Source: a virus
Lineage: Duplodnaviria; Caudoviricetes
Length of the DNA: 46,182 nt
IMG/VR virus record: IMGVR_UViG_3300011438_000016
Span: 1-46,182 of that record
Reading direction: 5' to 3' (one strand)
The notes beneath the pieces are model-generated. The model searched no databases. It was not told where the DNA came from and saw only the letters and a list, made by a program, of their open reading frames with translations. Positions 7,722-16,856 of the stretch are shown piece by piece. Position 1 is the stretch's first letter. Each line of letters begins with the position of its first letter. A program made the translations under genes and the position numbers.

Positions 7722-7940
7722 TCAGGAATCGGAGGGAAAGAGTTTGCGCACGACGCCTAGCTTCAGAGCCTCAAGTGCCTCTGATTTCGTAGAGTCCTCG
7801 CACAGGTTGCTATACGAGAGGACAGTCCGCCCTTGCACTTTCATAAAAACTGCGCGCCACCCGTCTTTGCCTCGGACCAACCCAACCGCTTTCGTCACCG
7901 GACCAGTGGGCACCTCGTACTTCACGTCATCCTTCGCCAT
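7722..7940 (-). CDS. Hypothetical protein
   Basis: Overlaps upstream gene end; GAGG RBS. Confidence 0.65.
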   Translation of the reverse strand: MAKDDVKYEVPTGPVTKAVGLVRGKDGWRAVFMKVQGRTVLSYSNLCEDSTKSEALEALKLGVVRKLFPSDS

Positions 7941-8412
7941 CTTCGTCAGCCTCTCTTATGCTTAGCAAATACATCTGGAGCGTTTCTATTCGAGCCCGCT
8001 GCTTCGGGGTCCGCTCGCTCTCGCGCACGTCGGCAAGCTTGCGCATCTCAGCGACCACTGTCTTATACTCCTCGCTATTCAAGTAACGAGGGCTAGGCAT
8101 AAGGTCAAGCGTATCCGCGGTGCGCCGATCGACGGGGATGCCGTAGACCAGTTCACCGGAGGCTTGCTTCAAGGAATAAGTATCTCGGTGATTCGCGTTC
8201 TGCATACCGTAGCGCTCGGAGCGAAGCTCTGCGGTATCGTGCATCGGCTCAGCGTAGCGATAATCAGCGCGGTAGTATTCATCGAGGAATTGGGCTAGGT
8301 ATTTAGCGTCTTCTGGACTGAGGGAATCAACGTAATCCGCGTCTACCATCCAACGACGCTCACGCGGTACTAGGTTAGGGTTAAGCCGGGTCGGGGGATT
8401 CTTCTTTACCAT
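7927..8412 (-). CDS. Conserved phage hypothetical protein
   Basis: DADYVDSLSPEDAKYLAQFLDEYY motif; first gene of leftward operon. Confidence 0.75.
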   Translation of the reverse strand: MVKKNPPTRLNPNLVPRERRWMVDADYVDSLSPEDAKYLAQFLDEYYRADYRYAEPMHDTAELRSERYGMQNANHRDTYSLKQASGELVYGIPVDRRTADTLDLMPSPRYLNSEEYKTVVAEMRKLADVRESERTPKQRARIETLQMYLLSIREADEDGEG

Positions 8413-8427
8413 ACCAACGTAAGACGC

Positions 8428-8630
8428 TCATGCTGTAAAAGCGTTGCCGCGGTTAGATGGTTCCAGGGTTCCGGTTCCACCCATCCGTTGCCAGGGATTC
8501 CCAACATTCTGCTGTAAACATTTCTCTACTTAGTATATAGTACTTTTCTGTATATATATATGAATATGATGTAACCTATGTAACCATGTAACTATAATAT
8601 AAGAATCAATACCTTACAAAGTTCCGTTGA
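8428..8630. other. Putative replication origin
   Basis: Intergenic, most AT-rich stretch, 3x GGTTCC, 3x TGTAAC, 2x TGCTGTAAA, adjacent to primase. Confidence 0.5.
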
Positions 8631-8636
8631 ATCCTC

Positions 8637-8665
8637 TTGACGGTAACGCGTTGGGCCGGTATACT
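8637..8665 (+). promoter_or_regulatory. sigma70 promoter, leaderless (primase)
   Basis: TTGACG-17 nt-TATACT, ATG 6 nt downstream, no RBS. Confidence 0.8.
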
Positions 8666-8671
8666 TAATGC

Positions 8672-9655
8672 ATGATTTCCTTCTCAACCGCGCAATCGCT
8701 GAACAATAACAAAGACCTAGTTGCTAGCGCGAGCCTGCCAATCGCGAAATTCATCGATCTCTTTCGTCCAGACTCCTACATTGTCTCACAGTCTAAAAGG
8801 TGGGCTCCTGTGTGGATGCCGTGTACCTTTACCCACCCCTCACGGGAAGCTGAGTACGTATCTCACATGTCAGCCTTTGTCGTAGACTATGACACAGGGA
8901 CCCACGCTGACCTACTCCTACACGTAGACCGCTTGACTACATCGGGTCACCATTTCCTTACACACAGCTCCTACGGCTACGACGGCCAGGACGCAGGGAA
9001 GTGTAGGTTTATATTCTTCCTTGACTCACCTATACCCACAGGTACTCAGTGGCGTTGGAGCGATGCTATTTGGCCGCGATTGGCTACGCATTTTGGTTTC
9101 GAGGCCGATGCTGACCGGGCCTGCAAGGATGCCTCGCGTGCGTTCTTCATGCCTATTAAAAAGAGTAGGGCGGCTCCGGTTTATTTCCACTACAACCCAG
9201 GCAAGGATCTCGATACTAACGCGGTGCTCGGGGACATTCTCTCCGTGCCAATTACTAAGTATGATTACCACCGCCCTTACATTAACAAGCAAGACCCCGC
9301 AGTCCCAGTGTTGCCGACGGATTTAGCGTTGCGGCTTGGACTTAAATTTAGCAATGTTAAAAAGCCTCATGGAGCCGCAGTGCGTAGAGTTCTAAGTGCC
9401 GAGGCGACTCCGCCTGGAGACAGACACGAGACCTTGAGACTATTTACCCATGCGCTGGCTCGGGTCGCAAAGCCAGAAGAGGCGTCTGAGAACCTTATCA
9501 CAATTATGTACCCGTGGCTTGATAAGCTAGGGAGTAGAGCAGACGAGTCAGAGGCTCTCCGTGCTCTCGAGGGGGCTAGGGAGAAAATACCAACATGGGA
9601 CGCAAGAGAGGCGCACGAGATGGCAACTAGACTGGGGTGGTTCGATGGACGTTGA
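8672..9655 (+). CDS. AEP-type primase (primase-polymerase domain with PriCT-like tail)
   Basis: VVDYD, HSSY, KCRFIFFL, DRACKDASRAFF motifs; GDRHETL. Confidence 0.8.
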   Translation: MISFSTAQSLNNNKDLVASASLPIAKFIDLFRPDSYIVSQSKRWAPVWMPCTFTHPSREAEYVSHMSAFVVDYDTGTHADLLLHVDRLTTSGHHFLTHSSYGYDGQDAGKCRFIFFLDSPIPTGTQWRWSDAIWPRLATHFGFEADADRACKDASRAFFMPIKKSRAAPVYFHYNPGKDLDTNAVLGDILSVPITKYDYHRPYINKQDPAVPVLPTDLALRLGLKFSNVKKPHGAAVRRVLSAEATPPGDRHETLRLFTHALARVAKPEEASENLITIMYPWLDKLGSRADESEALRALEGAREKIPTWDAREAHEMATRLGWFDGR

Positions 9656-10910
9656 TTTCTTGACTCTGCTACAGACGAACGAGCGGCAGCAGATTACGCC
9701 GGTAGCAACAAACGCTCTGATTATTTTGCGCAACGATCCCGTCGTCTCCACGCTGCGTTTCAATGAGTTTAGTAATATCGTCGAGTGGGCCGGAGTCCCT
9801 CTTAAAGACTCTGACATTATTCGAATCCGCGCGGAGATTGAGAACCGTTACCACGTGTCCTTTAACAACGACATGGTCTTCAATGCCATCATCGCTGTGT
9901 CTGAAGAGCGGCGATACCACCCTGTACGCGACTACTTGAATACGCTGCAATGGGACAGAGTCCCGAGGCTCAGCAGCTTATTCGGCGCATACTTTATTAC
10001 CCCAGAACGTAAGCCTCTCTACGAAGCTGCTTCAAGGTGCTTTGGTATCGGAGCTGTCGCGCGGGTCTTCCAACCAGGAGCTAAGGTAGATACCTACCCA
10101 GTCCTCGAAGGGAAGCAGGGTATCTTTAAGTCCTCGGGTATTGCTGCTCTTGTGCCCGAGAAAGCGTGGTTCTCTGACACTCGGATCGACCTCGGAAACA
10201 AAGATGCCTATATCGCGCTCAATGGGAAATGGATCTACGAGGTAGCCGAGCTGGACAGCTTCCGCGGCGTGGGGTCTACGCGGCTTAAGAGTTTCGTTTC
10301 CAGCGCTGCCGATGCCTACCGTCCGCCCTACGGGCGTATCCTCCAAACTATCCCTCGGCAGACTGTATTCATCGCTACCACCAACGACTCTGACTACGTC
10401 TCCGATTCTACCGGCGAGCGTAGGAAGTGGCCTATCCCGGTTAATTCGGTGGATAAGGACGCCTTGTATCGAGATCGCGATCACCTATGGGCTGAGGCTG
10501 TCGTGGCATATCGGGCTAAGGAGCAGTGGTACCTAGATGACGAAATGGCGGCTCAGATGGCAGAGGCGGCTCAAGAGCGGCGGGAGCCCAACCCGCTCGA
10601 AGACCAAATCATTGAAGGAGTAAGACATAAGCTTAGCACGATGGCTAACAATCCCTCGGCGGATTTGTCGTTTCTAACCGCTTGGCAGATCTACGAGGCG
10701 GTGGGCTTTAACTCCGCTAGCGAATCTCCACAGAAGCGTAAGATCATTTCCGACACGCTGAGACAATTGGATTTTAAACCAGGACCAAAGCGTAAAGTTC
10801 ACGGCAAGACCGCAAATGTTTGGCTCGTGCCGGACTACATGAGAGCCGAAGCAGAAGCAAAGAGAGAAGCAGTAGCTAAAGGTAGTATAACCTCAGTGGG
10901 GCAGGCATAG
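9645..10910 (+). CDS. VirE/VapE-family P-loop ATPase (primase-associated helicase)
   Basis: YHPVRDYL, WDRVPRL, LEGKQGIFKSS (Walker A), WIYEVAEL, YRPPYGR, FIATTN, TGERR. Confidence 0.92.
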   Translation: MDVDFLTLLQTNERQQITPVATNALIILRNDPVVSTLRFNEFSNIVEWAGVPLKDSDIIRIRAEIENRYHVSFNNDMVFNAIIAVSEERRYHPVRDYLNTLQWDRVPRLSSLFGAYFITPERKPLYEAASRCFGIGAVARVFQPGAKVDTYPVLEGKQGIFKSSGIAALVPEKAWFSDTRIDLGNKDAYIALNGKWIYEVAELDSFRGVGSTRLKSFVSSAADAYRPPYGRILQTIPRQTVFIATTNDSDYVSDSTGERRKWPIPVNSVDKDALYRDRDHLWAEAVVAYRAKEQWYLDDEMAAQMAEAAQERREPNPLEDQIIEGVRHKLSTMANNPSADLSFLTAWQIYEAVGFNSASESPQKRKIISDTLRQLDFKPGPKRKVHGKTANVWLVPDYMRAEAEAKREAVAKGSITSVGQA

Positions 10911-10916
10911 GAGGAC

Positions 10917-10945
10917 TTGACTCCTAAGGGCTAGGCCGTTAGTTA
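10917..10945 (+). promoter_or_regulatory. Possible sigma70 promoter, leaderless
   Basis: TTGACT-17 nt-TAGTTA (weak -10), ATG 6 nt downstream. Confidence 0.45.
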
Positions 10946-10951
10946 CTTAGC

Positions 10952-11494
10952 ATGGTCCAAGTACTAATCGCGATCCTCTCTAGCACCTGGGGCCGACGAG
11001 TCCTCTACGTCCTGGGCTCAGTGGCTATGCTCGCATTGGGCGTGGCTATCGGACGCTTCGCTATCCCTAAGGTCGTTACTGTCACGAGAACTGAGACCAA
11101 GGTCGAGGTCCGCGAGGTAGTCAAAGTGGTCAGAGTCAAGGATCGCAACGTGGTCAAGACTACTAAGACTACCACTATACCAACGCCCGAGGGGCCTAAG
11201 ACGGTTACGGAGACTACGACTAAGGTAGTAGAGCGAACCGATACCAACCGAGACACCAATACTCACAGCGACACTGCTGCCGTGGGTAACTCAGTCGTGA
11301 CGAGCGGAGGGGGCCGGGCTGATTGGCGCGTCTCAGCTCTCGGGGGCATGCTCATAGCTCCGAGCGGCGAGGTTTCCTGGCTGGTAGGGGCCGGAGCTGA
11401 GCGGCGGATTGCAGGTCCTGTGTACGGAGGGCTGTGGGGCATGGGCGGACCTAAAGCCGGAGCAGCAGGTATAAGTCTGAGTGTGGAGTTCTAG
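10952..11494 (+). CDS. Envelope protein: N-terminal TM, T/V/K-rich linker, C-terminal amphipathic beta strands ending in Phe
   Basis: Protein sequence features; ends ...GISLSVEF. Confidence 0.7.
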   Translation: MVQVLIAILSSTWGRRVLYVLGSVAMLALGVAIGRFAIPKVVTVTRTETKVEVREVVKVVRVKDRNVVKTTKTTTIPTPEGPKTVTETTTKVVERTDTNRDTNTHSDTAAVGNSVVTSGGGRADWRVSALGGMLIAPSGEVSWLVGAGAERRIAGPVYGGLWGMGGPKAGAAGISLSVEF

Positions 11495-12285
11495 TGGCAG
11501 CTCGAGGTCACAACGCCGCTGTCAAAGACGGTAAGCTTCTCCACGTCTCTGTCTCGCAGATTAAAGATTTCCTGCGCTGCCCGAGACTTTGGTACAGCGC
11601 TAAGGTTCTGGGCATCCAACGCCCCTTCAGCAAGGCAGCGGAGAAGGGCGTTAATCACCACGCGGCTGTGGAGCGCTGGTACCGCGGCGGGCCTAGGCCG
11701 TCCAATGAGGCATTTGAGGCGGCGATCGCTGGGCTGCCGGCGCCTGCTAAGGATTTGCTTATCGAGGAGCCGCTGACCAACCCGGTGCTCTACATCGAGG
11801 AGACTAGGTTCGACGGGTACTGCGACCTTATAGTCCCGCCACGAGAAGATGGTATCCCATACATCATCGACCATAAATTTGTTAGCTCATTTCGTTACAT
11901 GGATGACCCGGCGAATAGTCTCCAGACCCTAATCTACGGCTACCACGCCTCTAAGCGCTGGCCGGAGACCTGGGAGGTTAAGCTCGGGTTTCATTATTAC
12001 ATGGCGGACGGGAGTGACTTTAAACAGCGGGTAGCGACGGTCCCTGTGGAGCGGTGCGAGTCGGAGTGGGAAGAAATCGTCAAGCCCACTGTCAAGCGAA
12101 TGCAGGAAATCGTCAAGCAAGGCCACGAGGAGCAGTGGACCTTCGACCGGGTGCCAGATACTAGGGGCGACGCTTGCTATCAATATGGATTGTGTTTCTT
12201 AGCAGATCGTTGCGGAGTTGTTCCCAAGGAAAAGATGGATCGAGAAGTGCGGAAACTAATTAAGGAGTTCGATTCTTCTTTATGA
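11494..12285 (+). CDS. PD-(D/E)XK exonuclease (Cas4/RecB-like)
   Basis: SVSQIKDFLRCPR, GYCDL, IIDHK, QTLIY, C-terminal Cys cluster. Confidence 0.88.
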   Translation: MAARGHNAAVKDGKLLHVSVSQIKDFLRCPRLWYSAKVLGIQRPFSKAAEKGVNHHAAVERWYRGGPRPSNEAFEAAIAGLPAPAKDLLIEEPLTNPVLYIEETRFDGYCDLIVPPREDGIPYIIDHKFVSSFRYMDDPANSLQTLIYGYHASKRWPETWEVKLGFHYYMADGSDFKQRVATVPVERCESEWEEIVKPTVKRMQEIVKQGHEEQWTFDRVPDTRGDACYQYGLCFLADRCGVVPKEKMDREVRKLIKEFDSSL

Positions 12286-12785
12286 TGATTCCAGTTAACG
12301 AAAAGGTTCATACCGATTTTTGGGAACGAGTTAGCGCTGGGGCTGATGACGCTTGCTGGGATTGGATAGGTGGTAAAAAGCCTCCGGGGTATGGGACTCT
12401 TTTAATTGGGGGAAGAGGGGGTAAGCTTTATTTGGCGCATAGAGTGTCTTATACCTTAGCTTTCGGCTCAATACCAAAGGGAGAAGGCTTTCACGGGACG
12501 GTTGTAAGACATTCGTGTGATAACGTGTCTTGCGTTAATCCTAAGCATTTATTTCTTGGAACCCAAGCCGATAACGTTAAAGACTCATTAGTGCGCAATC
12601 GATATTCTAGGGGTTCTAACCATCCGGGAGCCAAGCTAACCGAAAATGATGTAGCAGAAATGAGAGAGCTGATGGATTGGGGATTCATGCAGAGAGTCGT
12701 GGCCAAAGCGTACGGTGTTTCGTACATGGTATGTTGGAACATTCGGCATGGATACAAGTGGCGACATGTTGACTCTGGGACCTGA
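12282..12785 (+). CDS. HNH homing endonuclease with C-terminal HTH
   Basis: CWDW, GYG, AHRVSY, VRHSCDNVSCVNPKHLFLGTQADN, GAKLTE. Confidence 0.92.
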   Translation: MMIPVNEKVHTDFWERVSAGADDACWDWIGGKKPPGYGTLLIGGRGGKLYLAHRVSYTLAFGSIPKGEGFHGTVVRHSCDNVSCVNPKHLFLGTQADNVKDSLVRNRYSRGSNHPGAKLTENDVAEMRELMDWGFMQRVVAKAYGVSYMVCWNIRHGYKWRHVDSGT

Positions 12786-12797
12786 GTGTGTTAAGGT
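12769..12797 (+). promoter_or_regulatory. sigma70 promoter
   Basis: TTGACT-17 nt-TAAGGT, extended TG; shares AGTGTGTTAAGGTAC with 20531 promoter. Confidence 0.65.
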
Positions 12798-12806
12798 ACA
12801 ATCATT

Positions 12807-12977
12807 ATGCAATTTAAGCCAGGACAGATTTGGGATTACGAGGGTGTTGGATACCGCTATGTCGGGGTCTTCGGAGAGACTGATCATTTTCTAGCCATTA
12901 AGAGCGGGGTTAATCATTTCTTTACCTTCGATTGCCCTGAATTGGATCTGATGGAACTCATCGAGGACGTGCCCTAA
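12807..12977 (+). CDS. Small hypothetical protein (56 aa, not in track)
   Basis: MQFKPGQIWDYEG...; 9 nt after -10 box. Confidence 0.6.
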   Translation: MQFKPGQIWDYEGVGYRYVGVFGETDHFLAIKSGVNHFFTFDCPELDLMELIEDVP

Positions 12978-13210
12978 TGGCTGGGAAGAATCGTACCAAT
13001 AGACAGAGCCGCAAGGCCTCCGATAGAGCCTTCTACGCTATGATGACAGCACACTTAGATACACAGTTCCTGGTTCTAATCCGGGATACCTTGGAGGAGT
13101 TTGATCGTGGACTCACCTGAACTAGAGCCCTATCCGACCGAGGAGCAGCGCAAGTGCCGTAAGTGGTCATGCCCCAAAGAAGGCCCCTGTCACTGTGGAG
13201 ATAAGAAGCG

Positions 13211-13555
13211 ATGACTACGACGGCGGAGGTCCTACAGCTTGCTGAGATGTACGTAGCTCGGGGGTATAATAGGACTGGATGGCGCAAGAGCTATGATTGC
13301 GGCTGCGGCCACACCGACGAGGTTATCTATACAGACCAATGGGAGTCGGTTGACCTGACCACAGCGTGCGGCGCTGTCACCTTGGCCTGCATGGAGATCT
13401 TCGGAGAGTGGGCTACTGTGGGACAGTACGACGAGGCGATTAAGATGATTATTAAAGCCGCTGGAGTTAGGGACTTCGATGCGCTGGTGTCGAGGGAGTT
13501 TAATACAGGCACTCAGGGCTGGGCACTGGACGTACTCGCGGGGGCAATGCGATGA
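13211..13555 (+). CDS. Hypothetical protein
   Basis: GGAG RBS, operon context. Confidence 0.65.
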   Translation: MTTTAEVLQLAEMYVARGYNRTGWRKSYDCGCGHTDEVIYTDQWESVDLTTACGAVTLACMEIFGEWATVGQYDEAIKMIIKAAGVRDFDALVSREFNTGTQGWALDVLAGAMR

Positions 13556-13788
13556 GCGGACGAAGAAGCAGGGCAATTAGACTCGCGGCTCGCCTCGTAA
13601 TCCAGGGCGACAAAGAGGCAGCAGCGGGGCTCGAGGCGTTACGAGCTACGTACAAGGAAGTGCGCCGAGCTGGTAGGCTGTCTATGAGAAAGATAGCAAA
13701 GGTGGCGGGGCAGATAAAGCGTGCCGTAGAACTGCCTAAGGACATGATTGATATCTACGAGCCGGGGATGGAGCCGCCGACACCATGA
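13552..13788 (+). CDS. Basic hypothetical protein
   Basis: ATGA coupling. Confidence 0.6.
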   Translation: MSGRRSRAIRLAARLVIQGDKEAAAGLEALRATYKEVRRAGRLSMRKIAKVAGQIKRAVELPKDMIDIYEPGMEPPTP

Positions 13789-14243
13789 CCACCGACTACG
13801 CTGCGCTTGGCCAAAAAATCGGAGAATTAGTACAGTCCAAAAACGCCGCTTACGGCGATAGCTTTGCTAACTCCGGTAAGATCCTGGCCATCCTCTACCC
13901 CAATGGCGTAGCTCCTAGTCAGTACAGCGACATGCTTACGGTGGTCCGTATCCTGGATAAGCTGGCGCGCATTGCTACTCGGAAAGATGCTTTCGGGGAA
14001 TCTCCGTTCCGGGATATCGCGGGGTATGGGATCCTGGGGGTCGCGAAGGACCAGGCTGTGTACGAGGCGGCGGAGGAGGCCTTTGTGCCCGACGACCCTA
14101 TCTGCCTGGAGTGCGGCGTCGGAGTAATCCCAGCTAATCGCACGATGTATTGCTCGGATGCCTGCTTCCTCAAGGTGTACCCTAATGAGTTTGCGCACGC
14201 TGAGCGGTGGACTAAGGGCGAGGGGAGGCATAGCAACAAATGA
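13785..14243 (+). CDS. DUF1599 / nucleotide-modification-associated domain 1-like protein with C-terminal Zn finger
   Basis: KNAAYGDSF, VRILDKLARI, DIAGYGIL; CLEC...YCSDAC. Confidence 0.7.
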   Translation: MTTDYAALGQKIGELVQSKNAAYGDSFANSGKILAILYPNGVAPSQYSDMLTVVRILDKLARIATRKDAFGESPFRDIAGYGILGVAKDQAVYEAAEEAFVPDDPICLECGVGVIPANRTMYCSDACFLKVYPNEFAHAERWTKGEGRHSNK

Positions 14244-14449
14244 AGCTAGACTCTATTAAATTGTTCTTCAAGCTTCAGGAGCTGCCTAAGGAGCCGGGCG
14301 GTTTTGTAGACGTCTACCTTGATAGCGAGGGTGAGGTAACTAATATTGAATTGGAGGGCAAGGTCAGAGTCTACAACCTTATGTCTATTGCAGATGAGGC
14401 GAACGAGGTTTACCTAAAGCTATGGCCTCCTATATACAAAAAGCCCTAG
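14240..14449 (+). CDS. Hypothetical protein
   Basis: ATGA coupling, GGAGG RBS. Confidence 0.6.
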   Translation: MKLDSIKLFFKLQELPKEPGGFVDVYLDSEGEVTNIELEGKVRVYNLMSIADEANEVYLKLWPPIYKKP

Positions 14450-16068
14450 CCACCTCGCTCCGGCCTATCCAGCGGTCGCCAGAGTTTGTGCGCATTGACT
14501 CATTGCCCCGGCGCCTAGCTCCTGATGTCCCTGAGGGCTGGGCTGCTCAGTACGCTAAGGGCGGAGTGCATCGGCCGCAGCAAGCTCAGAGTCTCTGGGA
14601 GCTGAGTCAGTGCGGGGGGCTCCTTTGTGACATGGCCCTAGGTTCCGGTAAGACCCTCGTCCTCCTACAGGCAGGGATAATCCTTAAAAAGGAGAGAGTA
14701 GTGCTCCTCGTCCCCGCGTCCCTTAAGGCTAAAACGCAGCGTGACCTTATACAATATGGACGCGACTTCAAGGTCCCGGACAAGGTCCACATTATCACCT
14801 ACGAGTCTCTGAGCCTGGCCAAGAACGCCACGCTCTTGGATGACCTGTGCCCCGATCTGATCTGCGGTGACGAGGCTCACAAGATAGCGCGGCATCAGTC
14901 CACCCGGACTAAGCGCCTGCGCAAACATCACCGGCGCTACGCGCCTCACACCGTCTGGGCATCTGGGACGCTTATAACCAGGTCCATAAAGGACGCGGCT
15001 CCTCTGGCGTCTATGGCCCTGGGCTACGGCTCCCCCTACCCCCGCGACTACTCCACCCTCGACCACTGGAGCTACGCGGTAGACGACGGCGTTCTCTTCG
15101 ACGCTGAGCCGGGGGTGCTGATGGAGTGGTGCCAGCCAGGGGAGCACGTGCGGGAGGGCCTCCGACGCCGAGTCAGGGATACCCGCGGTGTCGTGGGCGG
15201 CGAGGCTACCGGCGAGTCGGCGTGTGCGGCGTCGCTCGTATTCCTGGAAGCGAAGGTCAAGGTGCCTAAGGACGTCAAGACGCACCTAGGTACGCTGGAA
15301 GCTAAGTGGATGCTCCCCGATGGGACTTTGCTCGAGGACCCGCTGTCTACGAGCCGAGCCCGAGAGCAGCTGGCCCTAGGCTACTACCTCCGGTGGACCT
15401 GGCCGCGTGGGGAGTCGGAGGATCTGCGGCAAGAGTGGTTCAGCGCCCGGCGGGACTGGAATACCGCTGTGTACCAGAAACTAAAGGGCCGGGGCAGGCT
15501 GGACTCTCCGTACCTCTGCTACCAGGCCGCGGCGGCGGGGGAGTGGTCGGAGCCGTCCTTCGGGGCCTGGGCTGCTATCAAAGACCTCTGCAAGCCGGAG
15601 ACTGAGTGCGTGTGGGTTAGTGACTTCGCTGTCCAGGCGGCGGCTAAGTGGGCTCAGGCGCATAAAGGCATCGTGTGGGTAGACAGCCCTGATTTCGGCG
15701 CGCGGGTGGCGGAGCTGGCGGGGGTTACTTACTACGGGGGCGGCGGGGACTCTGACCCTGAGGCTGAGGACGGCTCGAGGTCCTGCGTCGTTAGTATCAG
15801 GGCGCATAATTCAGGGCTCAATTTGCAGCGTTCGTTTGGGACCATGCTCTATACCTCTATTCCGCGGACTGCCAAGGTCTTCGACCAAAGTATCGGCAGA
15901 GCGCACAGGCCGGGCCAGCCGCGAGACGAGGTCTTGGTCTACCTATATCAGCATAGCCCTGGGCTCAAGGAAGCTCTGGCCGATGCTAGGTCGAATGCAA
16001 AGTTCGTTAAGGATATCAGCGCAAGAGAGTCCAAGTTGCTTATCGGGACTTGGGTTGTTAGTAGTTAG
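14422..16068 (+). CDS. SF2 (SNF2-like) DNA helicase
   Basis: LGSGKT, ICGDEAH, SGT, GLNLQ, QSIGRAHRPGQ. Confidence 0.9.
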   Translation: MASYIQKALATSLRPIQRSPEFVRIDSLPRRLAPDVPEGWAAQYAKGGVHRPQQAQSLWELSQCGGLLCDMALGSGKTLVLLQAGIILKKERVVLLVPASLKAKTQRDLIQYGRDFKVPDKVHIITYESLSLAKNATLLDDLCPDLICGDEAHKIARHQSTRTKRLRKHHRRYAPHTVWASGTLITRSIKDAAPLASMALGYGSPYPRDYSTLDHWSYAVDDGVLFDAEPGVLMEWCQPGEHVREGLRRRVRDTRGVVGGEATGESACAASLVFLEAKVKVPKDVKTHLGTLEAKWMLPDGTLLEDPLSTSRAREQLALGYYLRWTWPRGESEDLRQEWFSARRDWNTAVYQKLKGRGRLDSPYLCYQAAAAGEWSEPSFGAWAAIKDLCKPETECVWVSDFAVQAAAKWAQAHKGIVWVDSPDFGARVAELAGVTYYGGGGDSDPEAEDGSRSCVVSIRAHNSGLNLQRSFGTMLYTSIPRTAKVFDQSIGRAHRPGQPRDEVLVYLYQHSPGLKEALADARSNAKFVKDISARESKLLIGTWVVSS

Positions 16069-16106
16069 TACAGAGGCAATTACGCCTAATAAACGAGGTA
16101 AAGAAA

Positions 16107-16550
16107 ATGACGAGCGAGACCGTAGCAGCAGCGGACTTTGACAGCGACCTGGACGAAGTTGAAGGCGGCGCAGAGCGATTGCCGAAGTTGGAGGCCGGTG
16201 ATTACCTTCTGGACTTGAATAAGGTTATTCGGGTGGACGGCGATTCCGGCGTGTACGATGTGTTCGAGTGGACGATTAAGGAGGCTAAGGGGGAGGCCGC
16301 TAATCCTACCGGGTCGAAGGCCAAGATCTCCTTTAAGCGGGATTCTAAGGGCAAAGACAAGGAGATAGCCGACAAGAAAATTTTTAACTGCCTTCGTGCG
16401 TTGAACAAGGGAGAGACCCCGGAGTCCAGGTCGGCTTTCCTGGGTTCTCTGCGTAGTGAGGCTAGTGGGACTGTGCGGGCAAAGGTTACGTTCCCCAATG
16501 CAGTGCGCAGCGGTAAGCCGTACCAGAAGATTGACTATTTTTCAGTCTAA
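16107..16550 (+). CDS. Putative single-stranded DNA-binding protein
   Basis: Acidic N-terminus, LEAGDY beta-rich fold, between helicase and polymerase; GAGG RBS. Confidence 0.55.
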   Translation: MTSETVAAADFDSDLDEVEGGAERLPKLEAGDYLLDLNKVIRVDGDSGVYDVFEWTIKEAKGEAANPTGSKAKISFKRDSKGKDKEIADKKIFNCLRALNKGETPESRSAFLGSLRSEASGTVRAKVTFPNAVRSGKPYQKIDYFSV

Positions 16551-16557
16551 GTAGATG

Positions 16558-16586
16558 TTGCTTTCTATATAAGAATAGTGTAGAGT
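16558..16586 (+). promoter_or_regulatory. sigma70 promoter followed by hairpin leader
   Basis: TTGCTT-17 nt-TAGAGT; 12-bp hairpin 16594-16623. Confidence 0.6.
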
Positions 16587-16643
16587 AGGCACCGCGGCTT
16601 GGGGGCTCAACCCCCCAGGTCGCAATCACTGGGGGAAGTACAA

Positions 16644-16856
16644 ATGCCGCCTGACCTTATGTCGTTATATGGAACTCCACAATTAATCCGGCGGTATGCA
16701 GCGCTTCATGCAGAGTCGGCAACGATCCTCTCTCGGTTGGCTGTATGCACGGAAGTAGGCGATGAGGCGGGGAAACAGGACTGCTTTAATGCCCTGGCTA
16801 AGCTTGCCGATGCTCAGACGGAGGGTCATGGCTATGCCCCAATCGCCTCTGCCTAA
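16644..16856 (+). CDS. Hypothetical protein
   Basis: ATG after GGGGGA RBS. Confidence 0.55.
   Translation: MPPDLMSLYGTPQLIRRYAALHAESATILSRLAVCTEVGDEAGKQDCFNALAKLADAQTEGHGYAPIASA

Noticed and set aside
9561-9655. Programmed frameshift fusing primase and VirE
   Set aside because: No slippery sequence evident; ATG 9645 with a G-rich RBS explains the overlap
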